Below are positions 50,588 to 62,069 of a DNA stretch of 64,000 bases, piece after piece. The position numbers were made by a program, and so were the translations under genes. Position 1 is the first letter of the stretch, and each line of letters begins with the position of its first letter. The stretch is taken from the NCBI GenBank assembly GCA_021432655.1, contig MU271238.1, positions 62,001 to 126,000 on the forward strand, written 5' to 3'. The notes under the pieces were generated by a model. The model searched no databases. It worked only from the letters and a program-made list of their open reading frames with translations, and had not been told where the DNA came from. The DNA is from Atractiella rhizophila (taxonomy: Eukaryota).

Positions 50588-52418
50588 ATGGCGTCCATTC
50601 CCTCAACCGCAGATCCAAGCACAATAACCCTCTCCTCCCTCGACAAGCTGCACATCCTCACCCACCCCATCCTCCAAGTCAGTCCCCTGCTCCTTACGCC
50701 CCACGTAACATAACATGATATTCACGCTGCGCTTCGTGCGCGTCGTGCGCTTTGGTGTGCCAGGAAAAGATGACGCTCATCCGATCGGCGGGCACGCGCG
50801 CGCCTGAGTTTAGACAGCTCGTCAAGGACGTCGCGCAGATCATTGGGTATGAAGCGGCGAGGGAGATGGAGGTCGAACAGCTGCCTGATGTGTGTCTTTT
50901 GTTTCTTCTTCTTTTACCGGTTTAGGGTGTGATACGGTTTTCGTTATGCGTATCTGTTCGATCGTGAGGCGTATTGCATCGTGGAGATGGCTGTTGCTTT
51001 GCTAGCATATCGATTAAAGAGGTCACGTATTGCTCCTCGAACAGTTGTCTCATAGAGCAGACAATTGCATCCAGGTCAAAAGTAGGAGATATCATTCGCG
51101 CATGCAAACAAAACAAACCAACCAGAGCCAGCCTCGGGCTCCAGATAGGCTCCAAACATGGCGGTAAATATACCTTGTTCGGCGCGAAACATGCTCATGT
51201 GGTGTAATACTTCTACCACCCCATGGTTGACATCGTTCGCCTATTGCATCTGTTGGAATCTTAAAACCATCAATTGCTCGCTAACAGCAGCGTATGAATT
51301 TGTGAAGGGAAGAATAAGGATCATTAATTTATCATCTGCACATACACAGTGAAGTGTTGCGTCTCTATATCCGTCCATGGTTTGCTTTCGCGACAGTCAA
51401 CGCTTTTGGTCTGATAATCGATCTTTCAATAGGCAAGCACACGAGCGACTTTTCCATATCGTGCTTGCAGCCCTTATCTTGAGACGTGTCATCGCATCTG
51501 CACTCTGTTTCCTGAGAGGGCGGAATCTACATTGTTGTGAGATGCTATGCTGTCTATTACCTCCCGCCTATGTTTCGCGCTCTTGTTCTCCTTCCACATC
51601 AGCATCCAAAAATAGGACCAACGCACTGAAACTGATGATATTTCTTCAAATTTACAGTGTCAATCCCCAGTTGCAAAATTCACAGGTGCACGCGTAGCAA
51701 GCCGGATCGGACTGCATCCCATCCTGCGCGCAGGAATCGGCATGACCGACGGTTCGTCCTCCTCATCGCCCTTTCTCTCTCCTCCTCTCCTTGATGCGCA
51801 ACGAGACAGGCATCCTCTCCCTCTTCCCTAATGCTACTGTTCTCCATCTCGGTCTGTTCAGGAACGAGAACACGCTTGATCCGGTAGAATATTATAATAA
51901 ACTCCCAAAGACGGTGATCGTAGATGAAGTCTTTGTACCTCCCTCCTCCCTTTTTCGCTTCTGTACCCGTTATCTTGTATTGACATGACGTGAGATGTAG
52001 ATCCTAGATCCCATTGTCGCTACTGGTGGCACAGCAATCGCAGCCGTCCACATGCTTGTGCGTTATCTTCCTATCGCAGACTATATACCTTATCATGACG
52101 CGCTGACTTGGCATGCGATACGAAACAGCAAGATTGGGGTATACCCGTAGAGAACATCAAGCTCCTCTGCCTCGTCGCCTCCTTCCCCGGCCTCCAAAAG
52201 GTCATGCGCGCCTTTCCCGAACTGGAGATCTGGACCGCAGCCGTCGACCAAGAAGTGCGTCCTCACCCTTCCATCTCTCCCTCCATGCTCCATCCCTAGA
52301 ATACCTTTTATTGATGTTGGATTGGGTGGTGCAGCTTACGAAGGAAGGTATGATCTCCCCCGGACTAGGCGACAGCGGAGATCGCCTCTTTGGGACGGGC
52401 AGCTATGCGCAGTCGTGA
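50588..52418 (+). CDS. FUR1: Uracil phosphoribosyltransferase (Upp-type), intact copy; multi-exon with a 768-nt second intron
   Basis: LHILTHPILQEKMTLIRS...EFRQLV; HPILRAGIGM; HLGLFRNENTLDPVEYYNKLP; ILDPIVATGGTA (PRPP loop); MISPGLGDSGDRLFGT. Confidence 0.9.
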
Positions 52419-55400
52419 TTCTTCTACCTCCCTCTCAGCTTTCACTCAGCTTTGTTTGAGGATGGGGAATGAGGAATGGGTGAAGCCTCCAGCAGAAGCA
52501 TTGGCGAGACAGATGGTGAAGTGGTTGTGTTCTTAGATTCGCTCTGTTGTAATTTATTTTCTCTTCGCACATGGTTTTTCATGACTGGAGACTTGCAATA
52601 ATCGACACGAGTGTGTCAGTGGCATGTGCCCTGTTGTCACCACACTCACTTGAGATTCACGTTCACGTTGTTTCAAAGCTATACTCAAAATTCCATAGTA
52701 AGTTTTTGATGGGGATTGTCGTTCATCCAGCCACACTTGAGCCTCCTTCTGAGGTGAAGGCTAGTAAAAAGTGGACCGCAGAGGTGATGGAAACAGCAGA
52801 GGTCTAGGAGAAAGCGCTAAACATGATGGTGAGGAGGAGGACATTTGTCAGCAAAAAAAATCATCATTGTGAGAATACTCCTACTTCTGAGACTGTTACA
52901 TGATATCAGTACACCCAGTTAGAGAAATCATGCAGTCATGGCCGTTCGTTACATTAGTCGAGGAATGGGCTGAAAGGAAACACAAATCACAACAATCATG
53001 GTCCTTGCTGGTTCGCTGTCGGCGGGGCTGAATAAATCTCGGGATATCTGGACGGGTACGGATTTCCCCCATAGCCCTCGCGAGACTGCTGGTATCCGAA
53101 AGCTGGCGTCACACTCAGCTGGTGCCTATTCGTCATATCGGTGACCTGCAAAGCGTTCATTTGTCCCATCGTGAAAGGTTGGAAGAATTGCTCCTGATCC
53201 CCTTTTTCGTACGAATGCGAAACATCCGACGTTTGATAAAGTGTCGATGACCTGTCGCTAATGGGTACGCCCATGGGAGAAGAGATGGACTCTCTGTTTG
53301 GCGGTTCGCTCGGTGGCGGTCCAGCACGTTTGTAGCGACGGCGTAGGCAGAACGCGAGAAGGAGGATGAGGATGAGTGCCACAGCCCCACCAACCGCGCA
53401 TCCCACGATTAAGCCGATGTGTGAGCTACCATGGTGGTGGCAAGTGCCTTGACAAGGATCATCGGTGGGGGTGTAGCTTCCCCCACTGATGGCGGCCGTT
53501 CCGTCCGTGCCAGGAAGGCCAGAACCAGCCAGAGAGCCAGAGTTGGGTTGGATAGCTTGAGCGAAACCAATAGAATGCGCTTTGTTGGCGTCAAAAGAGT
53601 AGGCGGTGTACCAGTTCTTCAGGAAGCCAGCACCAAGAACGGCCATGGGAGTACCATCGGTGTCTTGAGCCTGTCACCCACCCAGCACCACAAAGGATTA
53701 GTGAATAAACTGGACAGCGAAGGCGGGAGACATACGTCCGTGCTGTAAACGAAAAAGCTGCACGAGTCGCTATTGTTTTTGTAAAAGAGATCGAGAGGAG
53801 CTATGTCTACTTAACCGTGTAAACATCGTTCCCCAAGAAGCAATAGGCAGGGAAAAAACCCACCGTACACCTGCCCGAAAATATCGAATCCCAGCCGCAT
53901 CGTCGCCATGTTTGCACAGGTCGTAGTAACCTGGTATGCAGGTCCCCCACTTCCGATAGTCTGAATCTGGGCCCCAATCCCTTGTGCGTAGGCTTGGAGG
54001 ACGGACGGTGGGAGAGCCAGGTCATATCCTGCGGCAAGGAGAGCCCTACACTTCGTTCCGTCAATCGTTCGACCCTTGTAGGTCAAACCAGAGGTATCCA
54101 CAGCCCAGTACGAATCGCTCGTCACCGGTACCCACTTCAAATTTCCTCGGTAATGCTGTAAGTTACTGCAACCGATACAGATTTCTCCACCATCTGAATT
54201 GCTATCATCGAAGGTACCGCTCGAGTCGGTGTTGGCGATTGTGTTCTGGATCGTATAATCTCGTGCGAAGAAGATCGAAAAGTAGTTGTGATCGAGCGTC
54301 CCTCCGTTTCCAGCGACGAGATTCTCCATGAACGAAGTTTGATTGCTCTGTGCTTGCGCGAACCCAAACCCAATGATCCCATCCCCCACCTGCTGCTCAA
54401 AGTTTATCGTCGTGTGGTTGGCAAGGCCGAAGCCGGTATTAGGGATGGTGAATCCAGCGATGGTCAGTGTATCTTGGGCTACGAATCCGTCCGTTGTGTA
54501 CCCTTTCAGGTTTCAGGAAATGCATCAGAAAGGGGAAAGGTGGAAATCCAACGGACACACCGTCACCATAGCTTATGTTCCTAAATGCAGAAGAATTAGA
54601 GTGACTGAATGAAGGTGAAGGATGAGCAGACGAACCAAGGGATTTGGGAACCGACAAAAGTGGAAGAAGCTGACGGTTGGAATTTATGATGGGCAGTGGT
54701 CTACACAGTATGCCAAACTTGTTTGTCCTCCGCCGTAGGAGCAAAAGCAAACGCACGTTAGCAGTCGGGTCATCTAGGAATTCATCAGCTCCTTAGAGAA
54801 CCATGGGCCAAACTGAACTCACAAACCCACAGATCAGATGATACAGCTTCCCGCACTTGAGTACGTTTTTACCGCGGAAGAGGGGACGTACTGTCAAACT
54901 GGAGGCGAGGCATCGCATCAGTGCCGCTTGAAGGTGATGCAGGAGGAACTCAAACCTGGACAAGAAAGCTTTGAGGTGGTGTACCAAGCTGCACCGTTCC
55001 AGCGTAGATTCTGTCAAGTGGAGGGCCTGTTTGCAATCATTAGAAGCTGTGCTTGCATGAAAACGTCTTCAATCTTTGACATACCATTGGTCGCAGGCAC
55101 CGTTCCGGAAGCTCTCTTCCATGCTCTCTTCCCCTGCTGCTCAGACCAGATCCTCTCTGAACTCTTACGCCTGCTGGTCAATGAGATAGTATTGAGCGCA
55201 GCAGCCACCTCCAATCCTGCTAGGAGGTAGAACAAGTTTTTCATGACGAATAATTAATATCCACAAGAGTTGATGGAGTGCCGTTGCTGGCAGGTTCAGG
55301 GGGGGAATATTGGCACAAACAGGCTTTTGAAGGTCTCTGTGATTCCACGAACGGAGAGATAGCTGTGCCAAGTTAAAAGTTGGAGTGCATACATTCTGTG

Positions 55401-55590
55401 CGGGAAATGAATGGGAGGTGTCGATGTTTTCCTTCACCCACTCACTGCCCCAGCTTCCATTGTCCAAAGAGGAGGAGACTCTCCGCGTAAAATGCGGCGA
55501 CGCTGTTCCATCTGGATCTATTTGATCTCAGCCTGAGCTCTGGAGCCGATTCATCACAAACAGGAACCGTGTCTGCAGACGCGGCCGATG
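51147..55590. repeat. Segmental duplication copy B (source copy), direct repeat of ~20215-24785
   Basis: Colinear similarity with copy A; the left breakpoint lies inside UPRT intron 2. Confidence 0.93.
52996..55244 (-). CDS. Type I membrane pepsin-fold (A1) protein, predicted catalytically inactive; copy B
   Basis: Same exon structure and motifs as 22160..24396 (FDTVSSDLWV, ISYGDG, CRALLAAGYDL, TM and tail). Confidence 0.88.
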
Positions 55591-56904
55591 AATTAATAAT
55601 GTTGAATGTTTGAATGTTTGACGACCAACCGATCTCATATCAAGAGCAAGTTGTGTTGCCAATTCATTGCTCGCAAGCAATGCCATGCGTGCTGCCTCAG
55701 CTCAAATCGAGGAAACTTTTTGAGAGCGTCAAAACGCAAAACGCAGGACATCCAAACCATGTACGTACGTCAAGGGAAGTCCAGGCAGCAACGAAAACAA
55801 GGAGATATTCGCCTTCGGCAACGAGGTCTGAGCTGGTGTGACTGAGTTCAGCCAGTGGGTCGGCGGCAATTAGTTGGAGTTGTGTGGTTGAACCCACTGG
55901 ATATCGTGACTTAACATTGACATTCGAACCCAGTCGTGCTGATTCTCCGAAGAAAGTAGACCACCTTCACCTTCATGTGGCCGTCTCTAGTGGGGTGGAC
56001 TTCAGTGAATTCAATGCCTCAGCTTCTAGTGGCTCGATTTCTAGCACGTATCGTCCAACGTTACAGAATCTTTTATGGAATGACACTCTTCTGACTCCAT
56101 TATTGAAATGCAGTCTACGACCTGTCGACAAGCCATGGAAGGGTTTTGAGCATAGTTCAGCTCCAAAGCCCCATGTGAGCCATGAAAGCATGCAAAAGTT
56201 CAATCTGAACTGAACCAAACTCCTAAACCCTTGAATCCATCGGGATCAAGAAGAAGCAATTGGACTGTCTCACCGCCGTCATAGCGGCCGCAATTGTCCA
56301 GGCAGGTCCTGGATCTGGATCTGGGGAATATGGATCTGGGCACTGGGGAGCCGCGTGGACAGTTGTGAGGACGGACCAAGCGAGGAGAAGAGCACGTAGA
56401 GGGAGAGGTCGTCTGATGGTGGCGAGCAGGGAGGGCTGCGTCCTCCCAGAGGCTCAGACGCCGCTACCAGCATCACATCCTCCATCTTCCGAGTTACGGT
56501 GAAAGACTCGGCATGGGCTGGTGGCTGTGCGAGGAGGGGAGGGGGAAGGTAGTGAAAGCGAGGGGACGGGGATGGAAATCCAGTCTCTTCTTTCAGTTCC
56601 AAGTGGCTAGGTAAAAGCAGAAATGCAAATGTCTTTTCTTTTCTACGCTGAGCGAGGCAACTCTTCCCATACAGCAGTTTCAGAGTTGCAAATGAGCTTG
56701 CTGCGGTGTCGCGAACAAAGCACCATGAGTAGCCGGACGACGGCGTATCAGCGACCCGGCTAGTTACCACTCTACGATACTCTATTAGACAGCCAAACTA
56801 GGCATACCGTTACGAACGAACAGACGCGCTGCCTTGTGCAGGAATAAGGTAACCCTGAGCATTCAAACAAGTATCTGAGTCTGTTTTATGGGACTTAAAA
56901 GTCG

Positions 56905-58460
56905 TTACGCCTTCTGTTTCCCATTATGAACTGAAAAAGACCTCACAATATTGAACGAGAAAGACGGACCGCTTATTCTGCCGCAGCATAGGCAGAGAAC
57001 CTGATCTTCTGGTCCCGGAGCAGGTACATAGAACCACGGCGTGCCCTTGCAATCGTCTGACTTCCTCATGTGCGTCCAGTAAGACATGAGAGAGGCTTTT
57101 ATGCAAAGAATGAGGGGATTTATGAGAGATGGTAGAGCGCGTACAGTACACCGTCTCACAACCTGTGCATATCATACGTTCTCGTTGGTGGATCCAGCGG
57201 TAATGCCTACGGTCACATGATCAGGTCCCTTCCAGTTATGCCTTGCAGGCTCACCGAAGTAATGTTCCTTTCTCTTTAAAATTAGCCGAGCATTTTGGGC
57301 AGGTGTGGTAGTCCTTCATTCGCTCGCGAAACTTCGCGTACAGCGCCATCCTTTCCTCGAATGATGGAATGTGAAAGCATCGTCCAGATTGACAAGCTGG
57401 AGAACTGCTCTCGACCCGATGATGCTTATATTCATCTTCCAAGTCTATAAAACGGTCATTCATGGCATAATATCAGCTCAGGTCCACACACCAAATGATG
57501 TGTCGCAGCCAGAACATATCCAATTTGCTTTTGTTTGGTCTCTCGGAGCAACGACAAGACGACCACTCCTACACTCCAATGGCGCGGTGTGCCAGGTTTG
57601 GTGTTTTCGCACAGTCGACCCCATTGCTAGACAGATCCTCAGTAATAATAGGCGAATGATCTGCAGTAAAAGAAACTTACAAAAACCTTGGCCACAGCCC
57701 GAGCAAAGATGTGAAATAGCATCGTCATGGACGATTCGTATGTGTCTTTATCACAGAGATCAGCTCTTTATCAGAGAAGCTTGATAAGAATCCTACGTTG
57801 ACAAATGACTACGTCTTTTTGCACGGACAGAGCAATGAGGGCACTGGTGCGGGTATTCCGCCGCTTTTCCAGCACGTTCCTCGATTAATTGCTCTGCTCG
57901 ACGTTTACGGCCTGCTTTGACATCAATGGTTTGTGCAGAATGCAAAAATTATCCTCACCCTCTCGAACTTGAAATCTTGCCATTAAATAATCTAATGATT
58001 TCCTCTTCATTTCAGACTCCTCAGCAACCTGGATTTTCCGCATTGCGCGGCGAGGTCGAGATAGTAGTTCATTGCGACGATGAATTGTTCCTAGAAGTGA
58101 TGGAGGATCAGAAATCTTCCCAAATATCGCTGCGGGACAGACGTGGTTCTCTGCCTTTCTTCTTCTGCGGATTCTCGATGCTACGATTTACCGTCCTGTA
58201 GAGGTTTAGAGCCCAGATAGAACATGAGCTTAAACTTCGACATACGATTTCTCAGTTTCCGACTCCTTTACATTTTGTTCACTCTCAGTTCCAGAACTTG
58301 CAGCGTTGTGTGTAAGCCGTCGGACGATGGTGACGTGTGACGGGGAGTGTAGCACGCCAAGGAAAGGGAATCTGGGAACCTTCCCTGCTCCATAGATCAG
58401 TTTAGAACTGGTGAGGTGTCGAGAGCATGCAGGATTCAATACATGGCGAATGGGTTGCAT
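56905..58460 (-). CDS. Multi-zinc-finger (C2H2/C2HC) protein, paralogue A; multi-exon
   Basis: Spliced fingers: CPHCSVRAKRRSHLSTHIRIVH, CSGCGQGFSMGSTVRKH..C, CSGCDTSFDLEDEYKHH..C, CPKCSANFKEKGTLLRHYRWIH, CTGCETVYSSLMSYWTH..C, and CLCC. Confidence 0.8.
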
Positions 58461-58928
58461 GAACTGCGTAGAGAGTGAGCTTCTCCCCTACCAAAAGCGC
58501 TATAAAACACATTAGGAGACTGCCTATATCTATTATTATCATAAACATTTTGAGACTCTTCTTGGTAACAACGTTTCTTCTATTATATCATTCAAGTGAA
58601 CTCCAACACAGCCAGGTTGCGACATGAATAACCAATGTCGCACTTGCAACTGACAGCAAAGGAACAAAACAAATGAACTGAGAGCAGATACTCACTTAAC
58701 ATCAACATGTCGTCACTGTAAACTATTTAGTGTGTGTAGCATATAGCAAGTGGACGGAAACGTCCATCCGAGGTTGTTGGGTGGAGCACGTGAGGAACCA
58801 GTAATGTTATCGTTTTGAGCCCTTACACCTCCCACACCATGCACAATGGAATGAAATGAATTATACCATCATAACCCATATGCTTGCCCCTTTCTGAAGC
58901 TGCGAGGAAATTTTATTCTGAGGGGGGT

Positions 58929-59028
58929 AAAAAAATGCGTCCCATACTGGACTCGAACCCTTACATGAGTTACAGTAGGGTTCAAGGGGCCATGCCCCTT
59001 GCGAGTGGGTTGGGGGGCCTGAGGGACG
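58929..59028 (-). other. Small, highly structured element with a Pol III B-box and T7 run (candidate ncRNA, SINE or transposon end)
   Basis: Nested inverted repeats cgtccc/gggacg, actcg/cgagt, aacccttac/gtagggtt and caaggggc/gccccttg. GGTTCGAGTCC (minus strand, 58949-58959) is followed 13 nt later by TTTTTTT. Confidence 0.5.
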
Positions 59029-60530
59029 AAGGCCGCTGATGCACTTGTCGAGCGAAAGTGGAACTGTATAAAACATAACATGGGTGAAGTTCAGTTGAAT
59101 CTCTGGCGCATATGCATCGACCGATGATCGCTCAGACAGTAATTTTCCGTATTATGGTGTGCAACGTTGTATGAGCATCCTCCATAATAAAATTGGTGAA
59201 TGCCTACTATACATCAAGTAACATCAGACATCTTTGAAGGTTTTCTACTATTTGATTGTAGAGTCCTTTGACGGTAAAGCCAAGGCAAGTCGACGGGGAG
59301 CTGGAAAATGAAAAGTTGGAGTACTTGTGGGACAGTACAGATTTGCTTATCCGTCTCTTCATCAGTCCCACGAACCGATCCAGCTTGGACTGCCATCAGG
59401 TTAAGAACCACCGAACACAACGCTGCATCCGCCAACTTCCGTGAGAGCTCAGGGATCGTGGTTTCATCGTCGGAGTTCCATTGATAACGGTGGTTAGGGA
59501 AGAGGTTAGGAGGAGAGCGAGGCGGAGGAGCAGGGAGAAATCTTCGATAGAGAGCAGGGAGGTGCTGCGTGCGCTTAAGTTTCGAGAGCCGCTTTCAGCC
59601 TCAGTCTCCTCTGAGATGCTCCGCTTGTTCTGCGTTCAAATTTAGGCTCTTTGAACAGTCTTCTCCCTCACGCTGAGCCCGGGAAGTGGGTTTTTGTGGT
59701 GCCTGTTTGTGACATGAAGGCGTCTTTGCAAGAGAATTTGCGGAGGGTGGTGGAGGGTAGAGACGACTCATAGGAGGAGCTTATGCATAGTCAAATGTCG
59801 CGGTCCAGTTCCTTGGGAGTGGGCCGAGGGAGGAGAAGAGAAGGAGGGCGACGTAGAAATAGAGTGCGTATGGACGAATCGCTGATTCTACCACATGCAG
59901 ATAGTATCCACTTTGTCATGAGCCCTCAGAATCCTCAAACACTGCTGCCTCCCTTGCTACTGCGTTTAAAGTTTGCTTTGAATTTCCGTCCGCTTCCCAG
60001 TTCAGTTCTCTCCTTTGTCAGTGGACCGTTTAGAGCGCCTTGCCAAGCGCATTTTGGGGAATTGGGATACGCAGAACCCGCTATTGGATTGAACGGCATG
60101 TCGGTGATAGGTACGTGTCGTCTTTGTTTCAGCCAACTTCAGTTCTTTGGGATCACTCTCGCTTACAAGTGTGACCTCAGTCAAATTTCCTGAGACCAAC
60201 CTCTTCTTGATCTGTTGCGACTGTGTACTGCTGTTTAAACCTGGGACCCAATACGTCTAATTGGGACGTGGAAGGACCTTATATGCTAGACTCATGAGGG
60301 TGAGCTTGGGCCCAATATGCTTTCCCTTTCATCTATCAAAGCAATCATTGGAAGGGGACAGAAACATGAAAGCGGATATCCATTTTCTGTTTATTTCGCT
60401 TTGTGACGCCGTGACCATCCTATCCATGGCAATTTTGGGACGTTGCGATGATCCAAAACGTCAAACTGGAAGCTTTGTGTTGTTGCGTGTTCTCTAACCC
60501 TGCCTTTGACTGAATGAGCCCGATATAGGG

Positions 60531-62069
60531 ATGCTTCGTAGCCTGCCTTTTCGCGGCCTGCACCACTCTCGAGCGCGTTTCACCATCATCAGACGGTTTG
60601 CACACAACGATAGCGGCTCTGGAATTGGGGGGGAAGAGAATGTGAAGGAAGCCGAGGTCGAGTTTGAGAAACCTTTTTCGGAAGTGTAAGCTTTACCTGT
60701 AACGCTGGCCTGGCTGACATTAAACTCTTGTAGGAAAATAAACGCAGGCAAAAGGAAGGGTGGGCGTGCCCTAGGACCACGTCCGTCCTGTGCTAGTTCG
60801 AGAATCTCTCTGATTTGTCATCACTTTCAGGAACAATTGAACTTCGGAATAAGCTACTGTCCAATGCTCAGAACCATCAAAGACGTGAAAAGCTCGCGAA
60901 ATCGGCATTCAAAGGAAAGTACATTTTGACTGCATTGCAAACGTCTTTGCTGAACAATTCGTTCAGATGTGGAATTGGCTCGGTTTCAGTGGCGGCAGGG
61001 TAAGAACAACTTGCATCCTGCAACGTCTATTTAACCGGAACAGGTCATACGCGCCGAATAATGCGATTAGTTGAAGGACGAGCAGGGAAAGTCGAGGAAT
61101 ATCCTCATGAATGCCCCCATTGCCCTTTCCGTTCGAAAGTTTCCGGGAATTTAAAAAGGTAATTTTTATGACCAAGGTTCATGCAGTAAAACCGATCCCT
61201 CTGATGCAGCCATATCCGAATCAATCACGATGATGCAGTGTCGCATCTCTGCTCCGCTTGTGGTCGCGGTTTTTGTGCGTTCTGTGTTAATTTTGCTCAC
61301 ATCATTAAGCTGTAACTCTCCGTACGAACCTTCCAGCAACAAAGACGAATGCTCGAAAACATCAAATCCAGCGCTTTACGCCGCTGGAGTGTCGCAATAG
61401 TCGTTTCATAGTTGCTCCGAGAGACCAAACGGGGGCGAATTGGATCTGTTCCGCTTGCGAAGTATCTTTTGGTGCGTCACCTGTGAGTCGATAGTGAGCT
61501 ACGTTTGACTTGCTTGTAGAATCGAAAGATGAGTATGAGCGACATCGAAGCGAGAGCACCTTGCCAGCTTGTAACACCGGACGATCCCTTCACATTCCTT
61601 CCTTAGAGGAAAGGTCCGCTACATCCTCAAAATTCGTGGAGCAACTGAAGAAGTATCCGACTTGCCCAACATGCTCGACTGCTTTTCTTAACAAAGCAAC
61701 GTTGTACAAGTGAGCCGCAAGGTAAAACTCCAACGAGGTAGCTCATGGATATAGGCACCAGCGCATGGACCACCAAGGAGAGCGTGTAATATGCACTGGT
61801 TGCAAACAGCTGTATGGTACGCGTTCCACCATAACCTCATGGATTCTCATCATTATGAGCGCGAAGCTACGGACCGTGCTCTTCGGCAGCATCAGACGAA
61901 TGCAGATACATGTAGCCGTGCGGGGTGGTTTTATGTCCCTGCTCCCAGACCAGGCTGCCAGATTCTCTGTCTATGTTGCGGTAAAATATGGGGTATGTCC
62001 CTTTTTGATATCGTCATGTCGTTTCCAGCTCATGGAGAGATGGTAAATAGATACCAGGAAGGCATTTAA
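60531..62069 (+). CDS. Multi-zinc-finger (C2H2/C2HC) protein, paralogue B; multi-exon
   Basis: Spliced fingers: CPHCPFRSKVSGNLKSHIRINH, CSACGRGFSTKTNARKH..C, CSACEVSF..ERH..C, CPTCSTAFLNKATLY-HQRMDH, CTGCKQLYATDRALRQH..C, and CLCC. Intron positions match paralogue A. Confidence 0.8.

Noticed and set aside
55606..56770. Several short ORFs and GGATCT repeats
   Set aside because: No recognisable domain or consistent exon chain.
58929..59028. Complete tRNA gene
   Set aside because: Only a B-box and a 3' end-like segment are present; no D arm, anticodon arm or paired T stem.
59015..59065. Hammerhead-like words CTGAGGG..GAAG and CTGATGC..GAAA on the plus strand
   Set aside because: The core deviates from CUGANGA/GAAA, and stems II and III cannot be formed convincingly.
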